Source: a virus. Taken from it: a stretch of 64,000 nucleotides of DNA. The notes beneath the pieces were generated by a model. It did no database searches. It saw only the letters and a program-made list of their open reading frames with translations, and was not told where the DNA came from. The DNA lies in IMG/VR virus record IMGVR_UViG_3300020421_003230, positions 58,233 through 122,232 of that record. One strand, 5' to 3'. Positions 1 through 12,200 of the stretch are shown here, one piece after another. The stretch's first letter is position 1. Each line of letters begins with the position of its first letter. The translations under genes were made by a program, and so were the position numbers.

Positions 1-6
1 GGTAGT

Positions 7-174
7 TCATCTGTTAGGTTTAGTAGGGATTGATGACATCTTAGGTTTACCGACCTTTATCTTATTCAACATCTGATTTATATAAGCTGAACAAGAAGTT
101 CGGTTGTCTTTACAATGTACTTTGAACCACATCATTAAATCTTCGTCTAATGTGAAGTTATATCTTTTTTTCAT
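7..174 (-). CDS. 55-aa ribbon-helix-helix (CopG/Arc-like) DNA-binding protein
   Basis: Manual translation MKKRYNFTLDEDLMMWFKVHCKDNRTSCSAYINQMLNK...: alternating beta strand then two helices. A minus-strand TATTTATA lies at 205-212. Below the ORF-track length cutoff. Confidence 0.7.
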   Translation of the reverse strand: MKKRYNFTLDEDLMMWFKVHCKDNRTSCSAYINQMLNKIKVGKPKMSSIPTKPNR

Positions 175-204
175 ATTATACTCACTTTATACACACTCTA
201 TACA

Positions 205-243
205 TATAAATAAGTATTAAAATATAAAATTTTAATATTTATA
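205..243. promoter_or_regulatory. Divergent pair of TATTTATA motifs (candidate late promoters)
   Basis: TATAAATA at 205-212 (TATTTATA on the minus strand, facing the RHH gene) and TATTTATA at 236-243 facing the 4342-aa gene. Confidence 0.55.
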
Positions 244-272
244 GTAGACACCAAATATCGGAAACATCTTAA

Positions 273-3200
273 ATGGCAATATTAAAACGAATCAACAAAT
301 ATCAAGGATTGAAGGACATTGATGTTTTAGTAGATGAGAAAGGATTAAGTTCTCAGTACTTTAATATCACACAAGTTCCTACATCTTTCCCACAAGGAAG
401 GTCTACCTTTATAATCGGTGGTTCGCCTTTCTTAAAAAATAATGTAGAACTTAAAATAGAGATATTAGATTCTAAGGGTAAGACTGTTTATACAGAACCT
501 ATTACAAATTATCTTGAAGGTGATGGTAGAAGAGTAAGTGTAGAAATATATAACGATACATCACCTGGTGATTGTTTCTTATATGTTGTAGGTGAATTAA
601 AAGATAATTACAAAAGTGTTTCTGCTCTTAATGAAAGTGTAGAAGATATTACCGACCAAATGCCTGAGATGGAATTTGATGCATTTGATGGAAGTACTCA
701 AGATGTACCATCAGAGTTTCAAGGTGTTTATAATGTACGATATTCAAGACCTATTAGTATCAGTACAACAATTCCAAATAGTGAACCGATATTATTTTAT
801 AACCAACCAAGAGTTACAGTATCTGAAATATTAAAAGGATATGTAGTAGAGGTTCCTGTATCATCATCAGTACAGATAACAGGAAGTGCAGAATTTAAAC
901 CACAACCAAATTTACAACCTTTACCACCTGTACCTGAACCAGACCCAAATGGGTTTCCAATTATTGATACAAGTACAAGAGAAGATGTTGGTAAATCATT
1001 AGAAATATTTAAGAATCGCAGAAGTTCTAAAATAGAACCATTAAGATTCAGTAACTTTAAATCTCGTGGAAGAATCATGAGAAGAAGTTCACCTGAGATA
1101 GATAGAAATGAAATTATAATAGATTCATTAGAAACAGGTGAGGGAGTTGATGCAGATAAAGCTTCAAGTCAATTTGTTGGTGGTAATATTACAATTAATA
1201 ATCCAAAAGTTGATTTTAGTAAACTACCTGGTGATGAGAGTAGATATACGATACCTGATAAATACGAATCACAAATATCTAAAGTAAAGAATGAAAAAAC
1301 AATTGTTCCTTTAGATGATTTTTTAATTACAGATAATGAAACAGGTGAAAGAATACCAATTGATATCAAACCTAATACAGAGGTTACGATGTCTTATGTT
1401 CCTACACCAGACCCTTCAATAAGTACAACACACTTCAGAGCATTCGCAGATATAACTCTTGGTAACTTAACCACATTTAGTGGTGATGTTTATAAGGCTA
1501 AGATTTCTGCTAGAAGTAGAGGAACACTTGGTGATTTTGAAACATTATATGATTCAACAATTGAAGCACCAACTGTTTTAATAGATACATTCAGTCCAAC
1601 AGGATTTAAAAATGTAGGTTACTTTTATACGGGTTCAATCATATCTGATTATTGGGATGTTTCAAATGGAACGGCAACTATAGATAATAGTAAGATGATT
1701 GATTCGGTATTGATTAGTGGTTCGAATCAAGGATTTACACCAGGTGTTGGTGATAGTACAAGTGGGCCAGTAACGAGTGATAGAAATGCAGTTATATTTG
1801 CTACATCACAAAGTTACGATTTAGAAAAGAATGTACCATATACGGTTTCATTCGATGCCTATTATTACACAGGCCCAAAACAAATGTCCCAAGATGGTGG
1901 AGTACAACAACATGCTGAGTTAGAAGTTATTGTAAGTGGTTCTGCAAGATTAGGAAATACAAATGAAGATTATTCATTAGGTAAGGTAGAAGTTCCAACC
2001 AATACCACAGAGGGTGAAATAAAAGGAATACACAATACCTTTGTATCATCCACAACAGGAGACCCTAAACTACGATTAAAATTTAAAGCAACTGCTGGTC
2101 AATGGATTATACATGATGTAGAAATAAAACCTTATAGTGAAACAAACTTTAATCCTGATTACTTCAGAACGATTCTACCGATGCCACATCCAATGCCTAA
2201 GAAACCTGATAGTTATGATTTCTTAGTAGAGTTCTTTGATGTAAATAATAATATTGCTGAAACCATTGTAGTTAAAGAAGAAGTACCTTTTGCTGGTGCT
2301 CCTATAAACATTGATGGTGATGGTAACTTACTTAGTGGTTCTATGTATCTTGGTAATACTGAGGGTAGTGGTATTGAGATGCATGGTGGTTCTGCTTATC
2401 TAAGAAGTATTGGATATGATGGGTTTGATAACACTATAGCAAGTGGTAGTGGTGGATTTTTAATATTTAGTGGTTCTGTTGGGGATAGATTAAATTCTTC
2501 TGAAGATTATCAAGGTGTTGGTTTAGAAATAGTTGATGCTCATGGGGCAACAAATAGATTTATGAAATTTAGAACAGACCCGAGTACATTCCAAGTACAA
2601 ACGGATGAGTTCTTTTTAGGTAGTACATCACAATTTGTTAGTGGTAGTAATGGTAACATAGAAATTAGTTCAAGTAATTTCCACTTATCACCTGATGGTG
2701 ATGTTACTATGGCAGGTACGATTAGTGCAACTGCTGGTAACATTGGAGATTTCCAAATTGTAAATGGACAGATTAGTGGTAGTAACATTACTATGAATGC
2801 TACTCGTTCACAAATATTTAAAACAGACCAGGGTCCTGGTTCAGATACTTCAGCAGTTTTTGAAAACTTAAGAGATGAGTATTATATAGATTTTACACCA
2901 AGTGAAAGTATAGATAAAGTAAATAATTATCGACCTGGTTATTACATCAAGATGGGGCCAAACTTCATGGTGGATAAAGATGGTATCTTGATTGCAAGTG
3001 GTGCAACATTCGAGGGTAGTATTACAGCATCTGCTGGTTTAATTGGTGGGTTCACAACGGATTCACATTCGTTTAGTAGTAATAATATTTTTATTAGTGG
3101 TTCACCTGAAGTTGGTGGTATTGATGATTCTAAATATATGTTTATCAGTACATCAAAGTTTAATGTTAAACAAGATGGTAGTGTAACAGGTAGTGAATTT

Positions 3201-6200
3201 TTATTAGAGGGTGGTACAATTACTGATAATGTTACGATACTTGGTTCAGTATCTGCTAACTCTATTTTAACACCTGCTATAATTAATGGTAATCCATCAA
3301 CAGAAGCAAATGCTTCATCATCTATATCATCAGAGGGATTTGCTAAGTTTGTTTCTGCTTCTATTGCTGGGTTTACTGTAAACACCGAAGAAATAAAATC
3401 ATCGGATGAAAGCTTACGATTAAAATCAACAGGACAAATCACAGGTTCGAATGTATTATTTACTGGTGGTAAAATTGCAGCTTGGAGTATAAGTGGTAAT
3501 AATATATCAAGTGATGGTGGTGGAATCAGATTAAATGGTAATGGAAATAGTGCAGAGATATCTGTAAACTCTCATACTTTTGGAAATGAAGGAATACAAT
3601 TTGGTTTCAATAGTGGAGCTCCAAGATTTTATGCTGGTGATGGTTCAAATAATTTTTTAAGATACGATACGAGTAATGGTGTAAATATTAAAACAATTAA
3701 ATTTGAATTAGATACACCTACACTTGAGATATCATCTGCAGAAGCTTCTATGTCTTTGGGTTCAGGTCAAGAAGTTGTTATAAGAGGAAATAGTAATAGT
3801 CCATTTATAGCTATTCAACCAAGTGTAGCTCTTGTAGATAAAGCTTATGGTGAAATAGGAATAATGCTTGCAGTTGCGGCAGGTACAACACCATTGTTTT
3901 CAGTTGTAGGTACTGGTGGACATATAAAATTTAATGGAACTGGAATAGATTTAGCTTCCGATACTTTTGATTTAGATGCTGGAACTATCATTATGGCGAG
4001 TGCAACAAACAATGGTAAGATTGCACTTGGAGCAACACCACCTACGGCATACAATAGTGGTGATGGTGTTTACATGGATGGTACTGGTAAACTATTAATT
4101 GGTAGTGGGAGTGGAGACCATATTCAATTTGATGGTACTAATTTTGATGTTCAAGTTGGTTCATTAGAATTAGATGCAAATAATATTGAAATCAGTTCTG
4201 CAAATGCTAGTATGTCATTGGGTGAGGGTAATATCTTACTTGATGGTTCTAATAATAAAATTAAAGTTGGTGCACACTCAAGTAATAATGTTGAGATAGT
4301 TGGTTCATCAACACAAGGATATATTGCTACAGGTAAAACATCTGCCACATCAACCACTGCTGGTTTTTGGTTGGCTAATAATAATTCAGACCCTGAGTTT
4401 CATGTTGGTGATGCTTCTAACTTTGTAAAATTTGATGGAGGTAATTTTAACCTTGCATCTGAGAACTTAGAAATATCATCATCTACAATTCAAATCTCTA
4501 CTGCAGAATCAAGTATGAGTTTTGGTCATGATAATACTGCTAGTGATGGTAAGATTATAATAGAGGGTAAAGGTACACCATCATTTAGAGTTGGGCCTGA
4601 TGCTGGAAACTTATCACTAACAGCAGGTAGTGGAGTATTCATAGATGGGGATGGTAACTTTAAGTTTGGTGATAGTGATGGTAATGTAACATTTGATGGT
4701 GGTTCATTTAGTATTACAGGTTCAGATGTTGCAATTAATGTTACAGATATTAATATTAGTTCAAGTGGATTTGAAGTATCATCTACTGAAGCTTCTATGT
4801 CATTGGGTACTAATAAACAATGGTTGGCAAGTGGTAACGGAGTTAATCCATTTTTAAGTATAGGACAAACCACAGCCGCCTATGATAATACAGGAATATT
4901 TCTTGGATATGTAAACTCAGTATCAAGACCTAAGTTCTCACTTGTGGGAAGTTCAGGACACTTAAAGTTTGATGATGGTATTGATATTGCCACAACAACA
5001 TTCGAACTTGATACACCTGGTTTAGAAATATCTAACACACAACAAAGTATGAGTATTGGGCCTTCCAATACAAATCCAATCACACTACAAAGTAATGGTG
5101 CTGATAGGTCTATAAGGTTTGGAAGTAAAACAGATTTTGACCAAACCACTACTGCTGGTTTCATTATGGGTATCGATAATGGAAATGCTAAGTTTGATTT
5201 TACAATAGGTTCAGGTAACAACAATTATATAAGAATGAGTTCAGGTGGAGTTGATATTAAAACACCTAACTTCCTTTTAGATACCACTAACTTAGATATA
5301 AACTCAGCAACAAGTAGAATCTCAGTATCCGATGGAAGTAACGAAAGAGTACGAATTGGTGAGATAAGTGATTCGGCTTCTGATTTGTTTGGAATGAAAA
5401 TTTATGATGGTAGTGGAACTGCCGATAGTAATACACTTGTAAAACTTGGAGAAGAAGGAAACGAAATAGCTGGTTGGACAATCACCAATGATAGATTGAG
5501 TGGTGGTAAGATGATTATCCGACAAGATGGTACAATTGAATCAGATGGGTTTGCAAGTAATGTTGCTGGTAGTGGATTTAGATTAACCGCTGACCAAGGT
5601 GGTTTCTTAGAAGTAGAAAATGCAAGAATTCGTGGTACGATGTCTACTACCGTATTTGAGAAAGAAAGTGTAAATGCAGTTGGTGGACAATTGTATGTTG
5701 CTAACTCAACAACATTAGCAACAGGTAGTATTGTAACGGCAGCTCAAACTACTATGTCGGTAGAGAATGTTTCAGGATTTCTTGCCAACGAAATATTATC
5801 TGCAAAGAAAGTTGATTCAGGTGGATTCTCAACAGAGTATCTTTTAGTAGATAGTGCTTCACGAGATAATCCATCAAGTCAAACAGATTTTAAAGGTAAG
5901 TTATTTGTAACAAGAGCTTATGGAAGTGGTGTAGCTGGTGATAGTGGTTCACTTGGAGATACACCAGGTAGTGCTACATTCTATAGTGGTTCTCAAGTTC
6001 TTGTAAGTACAGGAAAAGTTGGAACAGGATATATAAGATTAAATGCAAATCCAAGCGACCCAACCACACCATATATTGATATTGTTGAGAGAACAGGTTC
6101 TGCAGTTTATGATGTAAGTTTAAAGGCAAGACTTGGAGATTTGAGTGGATTGAGTAGTGGATTACTTTATGGTAACACTAATCCAGGTTTTGGTTTATTT

Positions 6201-9200
6201 ACCGAGAATGTATTCCTACAAGGAGCCATAACTGCAACAACAGGTTCATTTACAGGTATTGTACATATTGGAACATCTGCCGCAGAAGAAATGAGATTGG
6301 GTACTGATGTAAATAGTTCTAATGATGGTTTACATATTAACAATAACAATTATTGGTATACGACTGGTGCTTTCAAAGTTGGTAGTTCAAACTTCTTCCT
6401 TTCAAATGATTCAAGTGGTAACATATCAATTCAACCAAAAGAATTAACATTACAAGTTAGTGATGGAAGTGGTGGACACAAATTCGAACTTGCTGGTACA
6501 GCAACTGAACAATCAATGTCATTCAATAATGAAGATGTTGTAATTGGTTCAGATGGTTCAAGAGGATTTGCAAGAATAGGTAGAAATACAGCTAAGGCTA
6601 TATTTGTTACAGGTTCACAAGCACTTGGTGCTATACGAATTGCTAAAGATAGTTTTACAGATGATACGGCTGGTTTTTGGTTGGCCAATGATGATGGTAC
6701 ACCACAATTTTATATTGGTAACTCATCATCACACTTAAAGTTTGATGGTAGTAATATATCATTATCAGGAGATGCTTTTAATGTAACGGCATCAAATGTA
6801 GATATCACTACAGGTACTATGTTAGTAGATGCTGATGATTTCCAAATCAATTCAACAATACCATCAATGAGTTTGGGTTATGATAGTAATTCAAATGTTG
6901 GTATGGAGTTTGTGGGTGGAAGTACAACAACAATAAAATTTGGGCCTAAGGCTTCACCTAAATTACTTTTACAATCTGATTCACAAGATGCCTTTATGAG
7001 AATTGGTTCACAAACATTTGGTGGAACTGATGGTGGAATTATTATAGGTAGTGATAATGGAACTGCAAAATTAGATTTATTTACAGATTCAGATAACTTC
7101 TTTAGATTCAATGATAGTGAAGTTAGTATTAGAACTAACACATTTGATTTTCAAGGTACAAATCTTGCATTGAATAATACAAGAATGTTTCTTGGTACAA
7201 TCACAAGTAATTCAGATACAAGTGGTGCTGGTGTTTATATGGATAATGCTGGTGTGTTTAGATTACAAGGTGATACTACAAACTTTATTCGTGTAGGTGG
7301 TGGTTCATTAAGTATTGGTTCCGATGATTTAAATATTGATACCGCAAAAGGTGATATTGTATTTAATAGTGGAACACAAAGAATTTCATTAGGAGCTTCA
7401 CCACCAACAGATTTTTCATCGAATGGAATTATCTTAAGTGGTAGTGGAGAATTTAACTTCCAACGAGATGGAAGTAATTATATAAGGAACACATCAAGTG
7501 GTTTTGATATTAAGGCAGCTAATTTTGATTTAGATGCTGGAACCATAATAATGGATAATGGTACGAATAGTGGTGTTATTAAATTAGGTGGAAGTGCTAG
7601 TACAATTACAGCTACTGCTAATGCTGGTATCTACATGGATGGTACGGGTGTGTTCAGAGTTGGAAGTGCAACAAGTGGTGATGCCTACATTTATTATGAT
7701 GGTAGTACTTTGGATATTAATACTTCAGATTTAAGTATTATAACTACAGGTACCAATAAAATTAAAATAGATTCCACAGCATCTACACCAGTACTTTCAA
7801 TGGGTGCTACATTACCTACTGCTTACAATAGTGGTAATGGATTCTTTGTAGATGGTACAGGAAAGTTTTTAGTAGGTAACACTTCAGGTAACCATTTATC
7901 GTGGGATGGTACTAACATTACACTTGTTGGTTCAATCAGACAAACTACAGGTGGACAAACTATTGTAGATTTTGTTGATAGAGGAACATGGTCAGGTTCA
8001 AGTACTTCATATGCTGTAAATGATTTAGTACAATATAGTGGTTCTACTTACAAATGTATAAACGCACATACATCAACAAACGATACAAATACCACAACAG
8101 GTAGACCAGATACTGCTACAAATAGTTGGGCAGTTTATGCGGCTGGTGGTTCTGATGGAGCCGATGGAGCCGATGGAGCGGATGGTGCCGATGGTAGTCC
8201 TGGAGCTACTGCTAAGACCGTATCACTTTCCGCAAGTGCTTTTGTTATTGAATACAATGCTGCTGGTGGTGGTGGTAGTGGAACAATTACCTTAACGGCT
8301 ACATCTCAAAACTTTACAAATGCCTTTTTTAAATTTACTGGTGGAGGAGGAGCATTTACAGATGAAACTTCATACACCGATGGAAGTGGTGCAAATTCAG
8401 ATACTGCTACATTTACTATTCCAGCATCTTATTCATCAACACCATACACCTTTACTGTATCTGTACAAGAGGGAGCAAGTGGTGGAGAGGTTGCTAGTGA
8501 TACAGTAACGATTGCTTCAATCAAACCTGGTGCCGCTGGTAGTGATGGTTCAGATGGTGCAGACGGTGCTGATGGTTCAGATGGTGCTGCTGGTGCAGAT
8601 GCTTACACCGTAATTTTAACTAATGAATCACACACATTACCAACAACAAATACAGGAACAGTTACCTACACAGGTAGTGGAACTAATGTTGTTGTTTACA
8701 AAGGTGCAACAGAATTAAATAGTGTTACAGGAACACCAGGTAGTGGAGAATTTAAAGTAACAGCTACGGCAACTAATATTACAGCTGGTTCACAGACCGT
8801 AAGTGGTAATCCAGCAGTTTTTGCTGACCATTCAAATTGTTCTCAAAATACTGCTCAAGTTAGTTATGCAGTTCTGATTGAAAACACTACTACGATAACA
8901 AAGATACAATCTATATCAAAAGCAACTCAAGGTACAGATGGTTCAGATGGTGCTGATGGTGCTGATGGTGCTGATGGTGCGGCTGGTTCAAATGCTAAAA
9001 ACATTTCAGTATCTGCTAACTCATTAGTTTTCGTAAAAGCACAAGATGGTACACTTTCACCAAGTTCAGTAACCATAACTGCAAACGGACAAAATTTAAC
9101 ACAGGCAGGTTCGTTTAGTACAACAGCTGGAACACTAACATCAAAAACAGAAAACTCAAGTGGTGGTTCTGCAACCGTAACAAGTGGTAACTTTGTAGAT

Positions 9201-12200
9201 GGAATGGTGGTAACTTATACCACACATGGTAATGATGGAAGTTTAACCGATAGTGTAACATTAAAAGAATTAGATGAGGGTAGTGGAACTGTATCTGCTA
9301 TTCTTTCAAATGAGGCTCATGTATTCCCAGCAACTACTGCTGGAGCAGTTTCAAGTTATAGTAATAGTGGAACAACAATTAAAGTATTCGAGGGTGCAAC
9401 TGCACTAACATTCACAACAGGTACACCTGCCGCTGGAGAATTTGCAGTAAGTGTTGGAAACACAGCAAATATTACAGAGGGTGCAGTTAGTGGTAATGGA
9501 ACAAATACTTGTACTATTGCTGACCATAGTGCGGCAGCTGATGGAACTGATGAATATGTAATCGTATATACAATAACTGGTAAAACAGCAAACGGAACTT
9601 CGTTTACAAGTTTTACTAAATCACAATCATTAAGTAAATCTAAGACTGGTGCTACTGGTAATGCTGGAGCAAATGCTGCTACCTTAAATATTAGTTCCAA
9701 TACACAAGTTTTTGCATTTGATAATTCAAGTGATACAACACCAACACCAACAACAGCAACCATAACTGTAAATCAACAAAATCAAGCCAGTGATTTAGTA
9801 ACTGGTGATATTAGTGTAACGAATGGTAGTAAGAGTTCATTTAGTTATTCAGGTGGAAGTGGAACAGGAGCAGCTACCGTAACGATAACACCAAGTGGAA
9901 CTTATCCTGTAACCGTATCTGTTTCAAATGATGGAATATCAGATAGTTTACAAATACCAAAAGTACAAGGTGGTAATGCTGGTGCTGATGGAAGTGATGG
10001 TTCTGATGGTTCTGATGGAAGTGCTGGTGCAGATGCTATTACAATTATTAATACAAACTCAACACATACATTACCAGCAAATTCAAGTGGTGTGGTATCA
10101 AGTTATGCAAATAGTGGTACTACGATACAAGTTTATGAAGGAACCACACAATTAGATTACGATGGTACTGGAACTGCAAATGGACATTTTACTATTGCCA
10201 CTTCACAATCACCGACTTCAACAATTACAATTGGTTCTATAAGTGATTCAGGTAATGATGCAGTTGTTGCTGTTCATAGTGGTATGAGTAATACTACAGA
10301 TAATGTATTGATAAATTATACAATTACTGGTAAAAGATTAGATGGAACTTCATTAGGTAGTATTGTTACTACTCAAACTATTGGTAAAAACAAAACAGGT
10401 GCCGCTGGTAGTGATGGTTCAGATGGTGCTGATGGAAGTGATGGTTCAGATGGTACTGATGGTTCAGATGGTGCAGGAGTAGTATTTAGAGGTGTATATG
10501 ATGCAAGTACAAAATATTTCCATACATCAATAAGAAAAGATGTAGTTGAGGGTTCTGATGGTAATTATTATATTGTAAATAATGAAAGTGATAATAATAC
10601 AACAAATTGGAACAATCCAGTTGGTGGTGGTTCTGATTGGACAGCGTTCGGTGCACAATTTAGTTCAGTTGCAACCGATATATTATTAGCACAAGATGCC
10701 ACAATAACAAATGGATTAGTTATTGGAGATGGTGCAGCAGATGGATTTATCAGGTCAGCAGATGCCACAAGTGAAACTGCAGGAGCAGGATTCTTTATGA
10801 TAGATGACCATTCCACATCATCTGCAAAATTTAGAGTTGGAACTGCAACAAGTGGTGATAATTATTTATACTTCAATGGTTCTGGATTAGATATTAAAGC
10901 AGGAACATTTAATTTAGCAACTTCTACTGATTTAGTTATCAGTAGTGCTAATAAATCTATATCATTAGCAAATGGTAACATAACACTTGATGGTGATTCA
11001 AATTCAAATGTAGGACATATAGAAGTAGGTGGATTAACGGGTACTTCAGCAAACCAAACTCAAAAAGGTGCGTATTTCAAAGGTGATGGTGATTTTATTA
11101 TAAAATCAAATACTACTGCTAATGAAAATTACATTCAAGGTTTAGGTGGAGATTTAATAATAAAGGCAGATGATATTGATATCACTTCTACCACATTTAA
11201 TTTATCAACATCCACCTTACAAATAACTGATGGTTCCGCGGCAGCCGCAGCAGGTAAAATAGTAATAAGTGGAACAGACCAACATATAAAGATTGGTACA
11301 GGAATAAGTATTGATGGTGATGGTGATAGTAATGCTGGTTCTATTACTATTGGTAGTAATGTAACATTAAACGGAAGTAGTGATTCCACTATATCAGGTT
11401 GGACTGTAGGTAGTACATTATCTGCTAGTAGTGGTGCAACATTTATTGCACTTGACCCTGGTAATAAAAAAATTAGAATAGGTGAAAAAACAAGTATAGA
11501 TAATAGTAATGATGGTGTTCACATTGGTAGTGACGGAATTTCTTTAGGTACAAACACACCTTTTAAAGTTACAGCTGCTGGTGTTTTAACTTCAAGTAGT
11601 GGAACGATTGGTGGTTGGACTATTGGTAATACATTATCAGCAACAAATATTATTTTAAATCCAGCAGGTCCAAATATTCAATTAGCTGGAAAAACCACAT
11701 TTGCGGATAATAATGTTGATGGTGTTTACATCGGAACAGAGGGTATTGCAATTGGTGATGATAATGAATTCTCAGTTACTAATGCTGGAGCGGTTGTAGC
11801 AACGAATATAACTGCTAAGGGTGGATTTATTGGTAATGGTGCAAGTGGATTTACTATTAATAATTCACAATTCTATAATGGTAGAAGTTCATTCGCTTCA
11901 ACCACTACAGGAGTTTATGTTGGTACTGATGGTATTAGTGTTGGTGAAAGTAGTGTGGGTAATGTAAAAATAAATGATTCTGGTGATATAACCGCATTTG
12001 GTACTAATGCAAGTAATAATATTAGAATTGTAACCAATCAATTTGATAATAATCCAGCTATTATATTCCAACAACCTGCTTTGGGTATTGGTGTTGGTAT
12101 ACCTATAACATTAAAAATGTCATCAACAGGTTCTTACTTTAATCCAAGAACTGATTATACAGAGAATGTAGATTTAAAATCAAATACACAATCTATAGGT

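Noticed and set aside
8148-10478. Short direct repeats as a possible CRISPR array or DGR repeat
   Set aside because: They are in-frame 9-nt units encoding GxD, with no repeat-spacer structure; no reverse transcriptase or cas gene in the window
797-11389. Many 60-170 aa minus-strand ORFs inside the giant tail gene
   Set aside because: Antisense shadows of the Gly/Ser/Thr codon bias, with no motifs or SD sites
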